From NCBI RefSeq assembly GCF_000253055.1, contig NC_016070.1:930001-962000 (forward strand): 32,000 bases of DNA. Reading direction: 5' to 3'. Every line of letters starts with the position of its first letter. Within the stretch, counting starts at the first letter, position 1. A model generated the notes under the pieces. The model searched no databases and was not told the origin of the DNA. It saw nothing but the letters and a program-made list of their open reading frames with translations. The position numbers and the translations under genes are program-made. Source of the DNA: Thermoproteus tenax Kra 1. Its GTDB lineage: Archaea > Thermoproteota > Thermoprotei > Thermoproteales > Thermoproteaceae. Positions 8,840-17,720 of the stretch are shown piece by piece.

Positions 8840-9784
8840 TCAGAGACGGGCGGCCACGGCTACAGTCACGCGGCCCCGCGCCCTCTTTCTATACAACAGC
8901 CGCCCCCCTCTTCCGGCCACTGCCAGAGCCGCCGGCTCTGCAACGCCCGGCACTCCCAGAGCTTCCACGGCTCTGGAAGGGGAAAGGCACTCATCGTTTT
9001 TCAGGTCCTCAAGTCTCAAGAGTATCCCCGGGACTCCCAGCGCGGCCGCGACCTCTGAGACGACCGGCCTTATCGACGCCACAGCTCTGACTTGGCTCAG
9101 GCTCGCCCCCATCTCCGATAAGGCGCCCAAGATGGCCTCCACAATCTCATGGGCCCCCGCGTCGGAGGTAGCGCCGAAGCCCACGAACAGATCGTAGGGC
9201 CTACAACAGACTGCGGCGCACTGTCCTCCGACATCGATAACTACATCGCACTGGTCCCCATACTGAGAATAGCCCCTCAAGGCGGCGGGCGGGTCCCTTC
9301 CCCTCACGCAGACTCGCCGTCCCTCTTTGAGCGCCTTGTTAACCAACAAGCGGGCGGCTGCGTCCATCCCGCACAGCATCACTCTCTCGAAAATCTCGGC
9401 GGGAGCAGCACCGGCGTCCTCCACTGCTGTAGTAATCACAGCCTCGGCGCCCAACAGCGGCGCGAGCTCCCGCGCGAGCTCGTTGGCGCCTCTGTGGGAT
9501 CCCAACAAGGGGACGATGTATCTGCCCCTCCTCTCTACGACGAGCACCGGCGGGTCCTCCTCTTTCCCCCTAAGGAGGGGGCAGACCAGTCTCACTACTC
9601 CTCCGATGGCTTCGACAAATATAATTGCGTCGTAACACCTCCACGCCATCTCCAGGGCATCGTTCCTGAATACATAGGCCGCGATACCCCTCCCGCGCAA
9701 GAGCTCCGCCAACTTAAGGGCTACTTCAGGCGGTTTGTCTCCGGCGTGCAATATGGCGATCCCCCTCCACGCGAGCTCTAACAT
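8840..9784 (-). CDS. cbiG: Cobalt-precorrin-5A hydrolase
   Basis: N-domain LLGSHRGANELARELA and C-domain FVGFGATSDAGAHEIVEAILGAL...ASIRPVVSE...GVPGVAEPAAL match the CbiG architecture. Overlaps cbiE by 7 nt. Confidence 0.8.
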   Translation of the reverse strand: MLELAWRGIAILHAGDKPPEVALKLAELLRGRGIAAYVFRNDALEMAWRCYDAIIFVEAIGGVVRLVCPLLRGKEEDPPVLVVERRGRYIVPLLGSHRGANELARELAPLLGAEAVITTAVEDAGAAPAEIFERVMLCGMDAAARLLVNKALKEGRRVCVRGRDPPAALRGYSQYGDQCDVVIDVGGQCAAVCCRPYDLFVGFGATSDAGAHEIVEAILGALSEMGASLSQVRAVASIRPVVSEVAAALGVPGILLRLEDLKNDECLSPSRAVEALGVPGVAEPAALAVAGRGGRLLYRKRARGRVTVAVAARL

Positions 9785-10389
9785 TTAACGACGACGACCG
9801 AGAGGTCGGTGGCGTTCAAAAGATGTTCCCTCTCCTTCAGTTCGACGACCCTCTCGCCGGGGAGCGAGAGGCGCTCCATGAGCAATATCTTGCACTGGGA
9901 GAAACGCTTTAGCTCCTCCCAGAGCTCAGATCTGCCCTTGGCGTCAAGCGGCGGGAAGACCACGAGCGATCTGCCGGGCAGAGCTGCATCGCTCAAGCTC
10001 TGCGGCGAGCGCGCGTGTTGAGTGATGAAGACCACGTGGGCCATGTCGAGACCGGCCCTCGCGAGGGCCAAGTTGAGGGACGACACGCCGTTGATTACCT
10101 CGAAGGGGACCCCGAGCTCTCTCACTCTGTCCAACAGCTCCCAGTCTGAGACGGTGGGATCTCCATGTACGGCGATGCACACATCCCGCGACGCCGAGAG
10201 CTCCGCCAACTCCCTCAGCCTCTCCTCTTGGTTCCTGTAGGTGAGCTCCACGGCCTTCTCCTCGCTCAAGCCCAGCCTGAGCAACACTGAGCGCCAGCCC
10301 GCCACCCTCTCGCACCTCTCCAAGGCCTTAACCGCCTTCAAAGTTATAAGCTCGGGATCGCCTGGCCCGACTCCGACGATATACAACAT
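9778..10389 (-). CDS. cbiE: Cobalt-precorrin-7 C5-methyltransferase (CbiE type, about 200 aa)
   Basis: MLYIVGVGPGDPELITLKAVKALERCERVAG, VHGDPTVSD and INGVSSLNLALARAG show a class III tetrapyrrole methylase fold at CbiE length. A separate cbiT lies at 13969. Confidence 0.75.
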   Translation of the reverse strand: MLYIVGVGPGDPELITLKAVKALERCERVAGWRSVLLRLGLSEEKAVELTYRNQEERLRELAELSASRDVCIAVHGDPTVSDWELLDRVRELGVPFEVINGVSSLNLALARAGLDMAHVVFITQHARSPQSLSDAALPGRSLVVFPPLDAKGRSELWEELKRFSQCKILLMERLSLPGERVVELKEREHLLNATDLSVVVVKC

Positions 10390-10404
10390 ACTGCGCCTCA
10401 GCCC

Positions 10405-11202
10405 TCACTCCTTGTAGTACTCGGGGCTCGGGAAGACGCCCCTCTTGACTTCGTCCACGTATCTCCCCACGGCGTCCCTAATCGCCGAGGCTATATCGGC
10501 GTAGCGCTTGGCGAAGCTCGGAGGTCTCTGGGAGAGCCCAAGGACGTCGTGCAGCACCAGTATCTGGCCGTCGCAGTGCGGGCCGCCGCCGATACAGATC
10601 GTGGGTATCTTCACGGACTCAGTCACCCTCTTGGCGACGCCGGCTGGCACCGACTCTATGACCAACGCGAACGCGCCGGCCTCTTGTAGGGCCCTCGCGT
10701 CCTCCTCTATCTTTTTGGCTTGTTCCTCCGTCTTGCCGACAAGCTTGAACCCCCCTAGCGCGAGCACTCTCTGCGGGTTTAGCCCTATGTGCCCCATTAC
10801 CGGTATTCCGGCCTTGACCAACCGCTCAACTACATCGAAGATCTCTTGGCCTCCCTCGGGCTTGACAGCCTCTGCCCCGGCCCTCACCAGTTTGGCCGCG
10901 GCCCTCAAGGCATCCCTCGGCCCGGTCTCGTACGTCATAAAGGGCATGTCTGCTACCAACAGCGCCTTCGGCCTGGCTCTAGCCACTGCGGCCACGTGGA
11001 TCAACATGTCGGCCAGAGTGACCTTGAGCGTGTTCTCGTAGCCTAAGACCACCATGCCTAAAGAGTCGCCGACGAGTATGCCGTCGACGCCGGCCGCGTC
11101 CACCAACAGAGCGCTTGGGTAGTCGTACGCGGTCAACATGGCGATCTTCTCGCGGCCCTTCATATTGAGGAAGGTCTGGACCGTGATCTTTCTCCGTTCC
11201 AT
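10405..11202 (-). CDS. panB: 3-methyl-2-oxobutanoate hydroxymethyltransferase (ketopantoate hydroxymethyltransferase)
   Basis: ITVQTFLNMKGREKIAMLTAYDYPSALLVDAAGVDGILVGDSLGMVVLGYENTL and GHIGLNPQ are classic PanB blocks. The ORF-track start (11334) adds 44 non-homologous residues and would overlap cbiX-cbiC. ATG 11202 (MERRKITV) sits about 25 nt from a TATA-like 'ctaaagataaaagc'. Confidence 0.85.
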   Translation of the reverse strand: MERRKITVQTFLNMKGREKIAMLTAYDYPSALLVDAAGVDGILVGDSLGMVVLGYENTLKVTLADMLIHVAAVARARPKALLVADMPFMTYETGPRDALRAAAKLVRAGAEAVKPEGGQEIFDVVERLVKAGIPVMGHIGLNPQRVLALGGFKLVGKTEEQAKKIEEDARALQEAGAFALVIESVPAGVAKRVTESVKIPTICIGGGPHCDGQILVLHDVLGLSQRPPSFAKRYADIASAIRDAVGRYVDEVKRGVFPSPEYYKE

Positions 11203-11284
11203 ATGGCCGACGGCTGCGTTGCTTTTATCTTTAGCGCGGCGTCCATTTACAATAAAGTATATTAATGGGATAAAAGACCCATAT
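11203..11284. promoter_or_regulatory. Divergent promoter region panB <-> cbiX-cbiC
   Basis: An 82-bp spacer holds two TATA-like elements. 'gcttttatctttag' (11221-11234) reads toward panB and 'aaagtatattaatgg' (11254-11268) reads toward cbiX-cbiC. Each is about 25 nt from its ATG. Confidence 0.5.
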
Positions 11285-12226
11285 ATGGTCAAAGCTATAT
11301 TGGTGAACCACGGTTCGCGCCGCGGTGCATTCAACGAACTAATGACGGAGATTGCGCGGCAGCTCTCTGAGGATCTAGGGATAAGAGTCGAGGTCGGCTA
11401 CAACGAATACGCCGACCCCAACTGGAGGGAGCTCTTGGCTAAGTCGCAGGAGGACGTAATAGTTATCCTGGCCTTCCTAGGGCCTGGGAACCACGTATAC
11501 AGAGATATCTTGGGGGAGTTGGGGGTCGAGCCCGGCAAATGGGCTATGAGCAAATTCGGCAGAAGGATCTACGTCACGCCGCCCTTGGGGGACTCGCCTC
11601 TGGTCTATTCCGCTATCTTGGCAAGAGTCAGGCGGGCCTTGGGAGAAAGCGCACCAACTGTGGTGCAAGACCCCGACGAGATAGAGGAGGAGTCGATGGG
11701 TTTTGTGGCCAAGGCGCTTCGCTTGAATCTCGACGACTGGAGGGATAGGCTCAAGGCCAGAGCGGCCTACGCCTCGGGTAACCTCGAGATCGCCAAGATG
11801 GTTGAAGTGAAGGGGGAAGTGAAAAGGGCGGTGGAGGAGTGGACGAGCGCTGGGGGCCCCCTGGCGGCGGACGTCGCCATGGTCGCGGCCGGCCTGAGGT
11901 ACAACAATGTTGAGATTGCAGCGAAGACGCCCGTCGAGGTGAGGGGGACCACGCGGACGTACGCGGGGATGAAAAAGCTCTTGTCGGAGCTCGGATCCGC
12001 CGGCATCGTGGTGGGAAACGCGCCCACGGCCCTCGCGGCGGTTGTAGAGGAGTGTAGAGGCGGGAGGGAGATCCCGTTCATTGTGGCAGCCCCAGTGGGG
12101 TTCGCCAACGCCGCCTCGGTCAAGGAGGAGGCGCTCAGATGTAACTTGCCCTCGGTGGTCGTCAGAGGGACCTACGGAGGGTCCGGCGTGGCTGCGGCGT
12201 TGTTCAACGAGCTATTGAGGCCATGA
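11285..12226 (+). CDS. cbiX-cbiC: Fusion protein: small sirohydrochlorin cobaltochelatase (CbiX-S) + cobalt-precorrin-8 methylmutase (CbiC)
   Basis: Residues 1-120 are CbiX-S-like: MVKAILVNHGSRRG..., ILAFLGPGNHVYRDI, YVTPPLGDSPLVYSAI. Residues ~135-313 are CbiC/CobH-like: IEEES..., ADVAMVAAGL, GTTRT, VVGNAPTALAAVVE, VAAPVGFANAASVKEEAL, RGTYGGSGVAAALFNELL. Start taken at ATG 11285, not the ORF-track 11138. Confidence 0.75.
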   Translation: MVKAILVNHGSRRGAFNELMTEIARQLSEDLGIRVEVGYNEYADPNWRELLAKSQEDVIVILAFLGPGNHVYRDILGELGVEPGKWAMSKFGRRIYVTPPLGDSPLVYSAILARVRRALGESAPTVVQDPDEIEEESMGFVAKALRLNLDDWRDRLKARAAYASGNLEIAKMVEVKGEVKRAVEEWTSAGGPLAADVAMVAAGLRYNNVEIAAKTPVEVRGTTRTYAGMKKLLSELGSAGIVVGNAPTALAAVVEECRGGREIPFIVAAPVGFANAASVKEEALRCNLPSVVVRGTYGGSGVAAALFNELLRP

Positions 12227-12960
12227 GCTTGAAGATAGTGGGCTTTGGCCCAGGAGATCCGCGCCTCCGCCCTCCGGCCGCGGCGCAAGCCATAAGAGAG
12301 GGCGATGTGATCGTGGGGTACGAGAGCTATCTGAGGCTTGTGGAGGATCTGCTGGAGGGGAAGGAGGTCGTCTCAGCCAAAATGAAGGAGGAAGTATACA
12401 GAGCGAGGGTCGCCGTGGAGATGGCGAGGGAGGGCAAGAGAGTAGTCGTCGTATCTGACGGGGATCCCCAGATATACGGCATGGCCCCCCTAGTCCTGGA
12501 GATGTTGAGCAAGTATAGTTGGAGGCCGGGGGTCTTGGAGGTAGTGCCAGGTATAACGGCCGCCTTGGCCGCCGGCGCGAGGTTGGGCGCCCCTCTGGGC
12601 TCAGACGCGGCGTTCATAAGCTTGAGCCCGTTGCTTTTGCCGAAGGAGTTGATATTGAGGAGGATTGAGGCAGCGCTCTCGGGAGATTTCGTGCTAGCCC
12701 TCTACAACCCCATAGACAAGGCGTTGCTCAGAGAGGCCTTGGCCCTAGTAGTGAGGTGGAGGGGGCCGTCTGCGCCGGTAGGGATAGTCAAGGATGCGTA
12801 CAGGCCAGGCGAGAGGACCTTCTTGGCCCGCGCCTCTGAGGTGCCCCTCGACGAAGTGGACATGAGGACTATACTGATAGTGGGGAACTCCGAGACCTAC
12901 GTGTGGGACGGTCTGATGATAACGCCTAGAGGCTACCACAGGAAGTATGCTTACCCTTAA
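12223..12960 (+). CDS. cbiH: Cobalt-factor III (precorrin-3B-type) C17-methyltransferase
   Basis: KIVGFGPGDPRLRPPAA..., DVIVGYESYLRLV, EVYRARVAVEMAREGKRVVVVSDGDPQIYGMAPLVLE and VPGITAALAAGARLGAPL fit CbiH. ATGA overlap with the upstream gene. Confidence 0.8.
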   Translation: MSLKIVGFGPGDPRLRPPAAAQAIREGDVIVGYESYLRLVEDLLEGKEVVSAKMKEEVYRARVAVEMAREGKRVVVVSDGDPQIYGMAPLVLEMLSKYSWRPGVLEVVPGITAALAAGARLGAPLGSDAAFISLSPLLLPKELILRRIEAALSGDFVLALYNPIDKALLREALALVVRWRGPSAPVGIVKDAYRPGERTFLARASEVPLDEVDMRTILIVGNSETYVWDGLMITPRGYHRKYAYP

Positions 12961-13972
12961 ACGCTTTGGGATAACCACGGGCGCCGCTGCGGCGGCCGCC
13001 GCTAAAGCAGCCGCATTGTATGCGAGGAGGATAGAGGCCAAGGCCGTGGTAGTGCCCACGCCGATAGGTCTCAGGCTGGAGGTCTCTGTGGAGAGACAGT
13101 ACCGGGAAGGAGAGTGGAGCTGCGCCGAGGTGAGGAAGTTCTCGGGGGATAACCCAGACGTTCTCGACGGAGCTGTGATAAAAGCGTGTTTTACGCCTGG
13201 CGAAGCCCCCCTCAGGATAATAGGTGGAAGGGGCGTGGGCATAGCGACAAGGCCCGGCCTGCCGGTGCCCCCCGGCGAGTTCGCCATAAATCCGGTGCCC
13301 AGAGCCATGATAGCGGAGGCTGTCGCCGAGGCCGGCTACAGAGGGGGGACCGTCGTCATCGAGGTTCCCGACGGGGAGAGGTTGGCGGAGCTCACCATGA
13401 ACAAGGACGTCGGCGTGGTCGGAGGGATCTCAATATTGGGCACTACGGGGCTCGAAATGCCGGTGAGCGACGAGGATTATGTACGCCACGTGGAGGCCGA
13501 GTTGAAGTACGTGAGGACCGCGTCGGAGGTTGTAGTCGTAGCCTCAGGCAACAGAGCTGTGGAGTTCTCGAGGGCCCGCTGGGGAGATATCGTGGTGAAA
13601 GTGGGCGACCTAATCGGCGAGGCTGTCCGCATGGCGGCGGAGATGGGGTTCTCAGAGATTATTGTGGCAGGGCTCCCCGCCAAGTTGGCCAAGGTCGCCG
13701 CAGGCGCCTTAAACACCCACAGCAGGCTGTGCGACGCAAGGGTGGAGGCAGTGGCGCACGCAGCGGTCTTGGCCGGCGTTCCGCCCGAGGTAGTAAGGGC
13801 GGCCGCCGAGTCGTCTAGCGTGGGCGAGGCGCTCGTGAGGCTTGATCGCTTCAGAGGCCGAGTTCTCGAGGTATTGGCCAGGAGAGCCAAAGAGAGGCTG
13901 TCCAAATACGCCGGGCGCGAGGTTAAAGTCGTAATATTCTACGACAACGGGGAGATCGCGGCGCAGACATGA
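12947..13972 (+). CDS. cbiD: Cobalt-precorrin-5B C1-methyltransferase
   Basis: N-terminal FGITTGAAAAAAAKAAAL (the G-x-TTG-x-CAAAA-like CbiD hallmark), GGISILGTTG and the expected length of about 340 aa. Confidence 0.85.
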   Translation: MLTLKRFGITTGAAAAAAAKAAALYARRIEAKAVVVPTPIGLRLEVSVERQYREGEWSCAEVRKFSGDNPDVLDGAVIKACFTPGEAPLRIIGGRGVGIATRPGLPVPPGEFAINPVPRAMIAEAVAEAGYRGGTVVIEVPDGERLAELTMNKDVGVVGGISILGTTGLEMPVSDEDYVRHVEAELKYVRTASEVVVVASGNRAVEFSRARWGDIVVKVGDLIGEAVRMAAEMGFSEIIVAGLPAKLAKVAAGALNTHSRLCDARVEAVAHAAVLAGVPPEVVRAAAESSSVGEALVRLDRFRGRVLEVLARRAKERLSKYAGREVKVVIFYDNGEIAAQT

Positions 13973-14538
13973 GGAGGGCCCCCGGGATACCCGACGAGGA
14001 GTTCATCAGAGAGGAGGGGATACCGATGACCAAGGCCGAGGTGAGGGCCATAGCTCTCTCCAAGCTCGGAGTGAGCGACGGGGACTACGTATTGGACATC
14101 GGCTGCGGCACTGGCTCAGTCGCAGTGGAGTCAGCCATCCTCGGCGCAAGAGTCTTGGCGATAGATAAAAACCCGCGCGCCGTGGAGCTGACTCTGAAAA
14201 ACGCGAGGAAGTTCGGAGTAGTCGATAGAGTCAGGGCAGAGGTCGGGGAGGCCCCAGAGGCCCTGGGCCGATTCAGCGCCGGCTTCGACGCAGTGTTCGT
14301 AGGAGGGGGAGGCTCGCGTATAGCTCAGATAGTCGAGGCAGCGATCTCCTTGTTGAAGGGCGGCGGCAGACTGGTCGCCGACGTGGCCACCCTGGAGACT
14401 CTGTCGGCTCTGGCGCCTGTGTTACAGAAGTTCAAACACGAGGTCGTGTTGGTGCAGATAGCTAGGTCGCGCAAGGCCGGAGAGTACACGATATTGTCGC
14501 CCCTAAATCCCGTCTATGTGGTAGCCATATGGCCTTGA
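13969..14538 (+). CDS. cbiT: Cobalt-precorrin-6B C15-methyltransferase (decarboxylating)
   Basis: GIPDEEFIREEGIPMTKAEVRAIALSKL followed by the SAM motif I VLDIGCGTGSVAVE. About 190 aa. ATGA overlap with cbiD. Confidence 0.8.
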   Translation: MRRAPGIPDEEFIREEGIPMTKAEVRAIALSKLGVSDGDYVLDIGCGTGSVAVESAILGARVLAIDKNPRAVELTLKNARKFGVVDRVRAEVGEAPEALGRFSAGFDAVFVGGGGSRIAQIVEAAISLLKGGGRLVADVATLETLSALAPVLQKFKHEVVLVQIARSRKAGEYTILSPLNPVYVVAIWP

Positions 14539-15155
14539 GAGTAGTGGGCCTGGGGCCTGGCCATCCAAAGCTGTTGACGTTGATGGCCGTAGAGGCCTTG
14601 AGGGAGGCCGAGGTCATCTATGTGCCGGCCTCCTCGAGCTCCGAGGTCAGCCTCGCCGAATCGTTGGTGAGACCCTACACAAGGGCCGAGGTCAGAGTGC
14701 TTAAGTTCAAAATGGGCGGGACAGACGAGGAGACCCTCAAGAGATACGGAAAGGAGATCTCTGGGGTGGAGAACGCCGTATATGCGCTGTTGGGGGACCC
14801 GGCCTTTTACGGATCCTTCGCAAGGCTGAGGCCCTACGTTGAGAGGCCCGTCCAGTACGTCCCCGGAGTGACCTCAATTACTGCATGCGCCGCCCGGGCG
14901 GGCATCGACCTCGCCGTAGGCGATCAAGCTGTCGCGATAGTGCCTGCGACGAGGCCGGATCTGCTCGAGAGAGCTATAGAGCTCTTCGACACCGTCGTGG
15001 TAGTGAAGGCGAATAAAAATAGGGCTTTGTTGAACAGGCTCATGGAGCAGGGCGGCTTGGCCGTGAGGAGGTGCTACATGGAGGGGGAGCAAATATCCCA
15101 GAGGATCTATTGGGACGACTACTTCACTGTGGTCTACATATGGCGGGGAAGGTAG
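14529..15155 (+). CDS. cbiL: Cobalt-factor II (precorrin-2-type) C20-methyltransferase
   Basis: LRVVGLGPGHPKLLTLMAVEALREAEVIYVPAS, LLGDPAFYGSF and VPGVTSITACAARAG show a class III methylase with CbiL-type spacing. Position in the operon agrees. Confidence 0.7.
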   Translation: MALRVVGLGPGHPKLLTLMAVEALREAEVIYVPASSSSEVSLAESLVRPYTRAEVRVLKFKMGGTDEETLKRYGKEISGVENAVYALLGDPAFYGSFARLRPYVERPVQYVPGVTSITACAARAGIDLAVGDQAVAIVPATRPDLLERAIELFDTVVVVKANKNRALLNRLMEQGGLAVRRCYMEGEQISQRIYWDDYFTVVYIWRGR

Positions 15156-15916
15156 TCTTCGTGGGAGCCGGTCCCGGCGACCCGGAGCTGATAACTGTCA
15201 AGGGCATGAGGTACCTCCAGCAAGCCGACGTGGTGGTCTACGCCGGCTCGTTGGTGAACCCAGAGCTCTTGAAGTACGCGAAGCCCAATGCCAAGATCTA
15301 CGACAGCGCCAGCTTGACCACCGAGGAGATCGTGGATATTCTAGTGAGGGAGGCATCCCAGGGCAAACTCGTCGTGAGGCTCAAGTCGGGCGACGGAGGA
15401 GTATACGGCGCGCTGTGGGAGGAGATCTTGCCTCTGCAAGCGCTAGGCATAGAGTTCGAGATAGTCCCGGGCATAACGGCGGCGTTGGCTGCAGCGGCAG
15501 TCATGAACATAGAGCTCACTGTCCCCAAGCTCATCCAGACAGTGGTAATAACTAGGGCCTCCGCGCGCGTTGAGATGAGAGGGTCGCTCAAAGAGGCGGC
15601 GAAGTTCGCTGCGACGAACGGAGCAGTGTTGGCCATATACACAGGCGTACACGTGATAGATAAAGTAGTGAAGGAGTTGGTGGATGGAGGACTCCCGCCG
15701 GATACTCCAGCGGCTGTGGTCTACAAGGCCACTTGGCCCGACCAGAAGGTCGTCAGAGGCACTCTATCCGACATCGCCCGTAAGGTGAGGGAGGAGAGGA
15801 TAACGAGGGATGCAGTTATCCTTGTGGGGGAGTCCGTCGCCCCGAGGGAGGTGCCGAGAAGTTCCGTCTACGACCCAAGACATACGCATAGCTATAGGCC
15901 TCACAAGAAAGAGTGA
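15140..15916 (+). CDS. cbiF: Cobalt-precorrin-4 C11-methyltransferase
   Basis: MAGKVVFVGAGPGDPELITVKGMRYLQQADVVVYAGSLVNPELL, VRLKSGDGGVYGA and VPGITAALAAAA fit CbiF. Start taken at ATG 15140 rather than the ORF-track 15071, whose 23 extra residues lie inside cbiL. Confidence 0.85.
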   Translation: MAGKVVFVGAGPGDPELITVKGMRYLQQADVVVYAGSLVNPELLKYAKPNAKIYDSASLTTEEIVDILVREASQGKLVVRLKSGDGGVYGALWEEILPLQALGIEFEIVPGITAALAAAAVMNIELTVPKLIQTVVITRASARVEMRGSLKEAAKFAATNGAVLAIYTGVHVIDKVVKELVDGGLPPDTPAAVVYKATWPDQKVVRGTLSDIARKVREERITRDAVILVGESVAPREVPRSSVYDPRHTHSYRPHKKE

Positions 15917-16257
15917 GATTTATAACATTTATTTAATTAATGTATTTTATCTATTTTCTGATATATTTAGCACTTTTATAATAGGATATTTAATAAATTT
16001 TTAAAATTGTTTGGTCTTTACACATCGGCCTGGGATCTATTACCTCTGGCACATATTATAGATTTGTAAAGCTATAATCCCAACGATTCTTTCATCTCCA
16101 AAGGGAAATTATCCCACGTCATTCCCTGAGTCCGGCCACCGCCGGTATTTCTGCCCGGCCCTCCAGTGCCTCATCGCATCTTTCTAACTGAAGATGTTCC
16201 GCGCCGTAGTCCTCGCGGTCTGACCCCCCGACTTGAAGGACAGGGCCCTTGGTTGTA

Positions 16258-16268
16258 AGACAAAAAGT
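16258..16268 (-). terminator. T-run terminator after gdhA
   Basis: The reverse strand reads 'cactttttgtc' 9 nt after the gdhA stop codon. Confidence 0.35.
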
Positions 16269-16274
16269 GTCGCG

Positions 16275-17519
16275 TTAAATCCAGCCCCTCGCCTTCATCG
16301 CCTTGTATACCCTCTCCACGGCTATCACCAGCGCCGCGTCCCTCATAGTCCAGCCCTTCTCTTGGATCCATCTGTTGTAGACGCGGCGGAAATTCTCCGT
16401 CATTATCCTCTCGAGCCTCCTCCTCGTCTCCTCCTCGTCCCAGAAGGTCCACGACAGATTCTCGACCCACTCCAGATAGGACATGACCACGCCCCCTGCG
16501 TTGGCCAATATGTCTGGGACAACGACGGCGCCCCTTCTGTAGAGCTCCGCCTCAGCCTCGGGAGTGGTCGGGCCGTTGGCCCCCTCGACTATCACCTTGG
16601 CCTTCACCCTTCCGACGTTCTCCTCAGTGATGACGTTCTCTATCGCCGCAGGCACTAGGATGTCAACATCGGCGTAGAGGGGCATGTTGGGATCCGGAGA
16701 GAACTCGCCCGGCAGATCCCTCAGAGCCTTCTCGCGCCTGTACACCTTAAGCACTTCGTTGGCCGGTATGCCTGCCTTATTGAAGACGCCGCCCTTGCTC
16801 GCCGAGACAGCTACTACCTTGGCGCCCATCTCCTCTAGCCAGTAGACGGCCCATGCGCCGACGTTGCCCGTCCCTTGCACTGCCACAGTCCTCCCCTCTA
16901 TTCCTCCCCATATAGCTTTGGCCATCTCCCTCGCTGCTATCGCCACGCCGAGCCCGGTCGAGTACTCCCTCACAGGGTTGCCCCAGAGCTCGGGCGGCTT
17001 GGCCGTGAAGGCCCCGGGCACGTTGTAGCCCTTGATCTTGGACAGCTCGTCCACCATCCACGCCATTATCTGCGAGTTGGTCCCGACGTCGGGCGCAGGT
17101 ATGTCCACCACGTCGCCTATGAGCGGCGCCACGGCCCTCGCGTAGCCCCGGCTGAGCTCCTCGAGCTCCCTCTGGGACAGCCTCTTGGGGTCGACCCTAA
17201 CGGCGCCTTTGGCTCCGCCGTAGGGTATGCCGGCCAGGCTGTTCTTGAGGGTCATGAGGGTGGCCAGGGCTATGTCGTCGGCGAGGGTCACCTCGGGGTG
17301 GAACCTTATGCCGCCCTTGTAGGGGCCGAGCGCGTCGTTGTGTTGGACGCGGTAGCCCTCGAAGACCTCTATGTGTCCATCGTCCATTCTAACGGGGATA
17401 GATACTTGAAGTATCCTCTTGGGCTTAGATAGATAGGCGTATAGCTCGGGAGGGGCATTGAGAAGGTCGACGGCCCTCTTCAAAGTAGTCAGAACATTTT
17501 GGAGGAACGCGTTGCTCAT
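16275..17519 (-). CDS. gdhA: Glutamate dehydrogenase
   Basis: [27 protein letters not shown] and [24 protein letters not shown] are hallmark Glu/Leu/Phe/Val dehydrogenase motifs. 414 aa. Confidence 0.9.
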   Translation of the reverse strand: MSNAFLQNVLTTLKRAVDLLNAPPELYAYLSKPKRILQVSIPVRMDDGHIEVFEGYRVQHNDALGPYKGGIRFHPEVTLADDIALATLMTLKNSLAGIPYGGAKGAVRVDPKRLSQRELEELSRGYARAVAPLIGDVVDIPAPDVGTNSQIMAWMVDELSKIKGYNVPGAFTAKPPELWGNPVREYSTGLGVAIAAREMAKAIWGGIEGRTVAVQGTGNVGAWAVYWLEEMGAKVVAVSASKGGVFNKAGIPANEVLKVYRREKALRDLPGEFSPDPNMPLYADVDILVPAAIENVITEENVGRVKAKVIVEGANGPTTPEAEAELYRRGAVVVPDILANAGGVVMSYLEWVENLSWTFWDEEETRRRLERIMTENFRRVYNRWIQEKGWTMRDAALVIAVERVYKAMKARGWI

Positions 17520-17540
17520 ATTTTGCTATTTTTTCTATAC

Positions 17541-17550
17541 TTTTAAAAAT
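17541..17550 (-). promoter_or_regulatory. TATA element of gdhA
   Basis: 'ttttaaaaat' is centred about 26 nt upstream of the reverse-strand ATG at 17519. Confidence 0.5.
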
Positions 17551-17720
17551 ATTGCTTAATAGACTATATATTTAGTGAAGAAAAATCAGACAAGCTATAT
17601 ATACAATGACATTAATATAATGTTCATTAGAATATTTAAATATTTTCAGTAATATAGTAATGTATTATAAGAAAAAGATTCTGAATAGTTGCCGATCAAA
17701 AACTTATGAAAACGAATATA

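Noticed and set aside
11138-11334. N-terminal extensions offered by the ORF track for panB (to 11334), cbiX-cbiC (from 11138), cbiF (from 15071) and the ALDH (to 23164).
   Set aside because: The extensions are hydrophobic or basic junk and overlap the divergent neighbour or the TATA box. Internal ATGs sit at the canonical ~20-28 nt from TATA-like elements, directly before the conserved N-terminal motifs.
16100-16230. I looked for C/D-box sRNA signatures: a near C box 'gcgatga' on the minus strand and CTGA words on the plus strand.
   Set aside because: No properly spaced C/D' and C'/D pairs or terminal stem could be assembled. Isolated CTGA or GATGA words are expected by chance.
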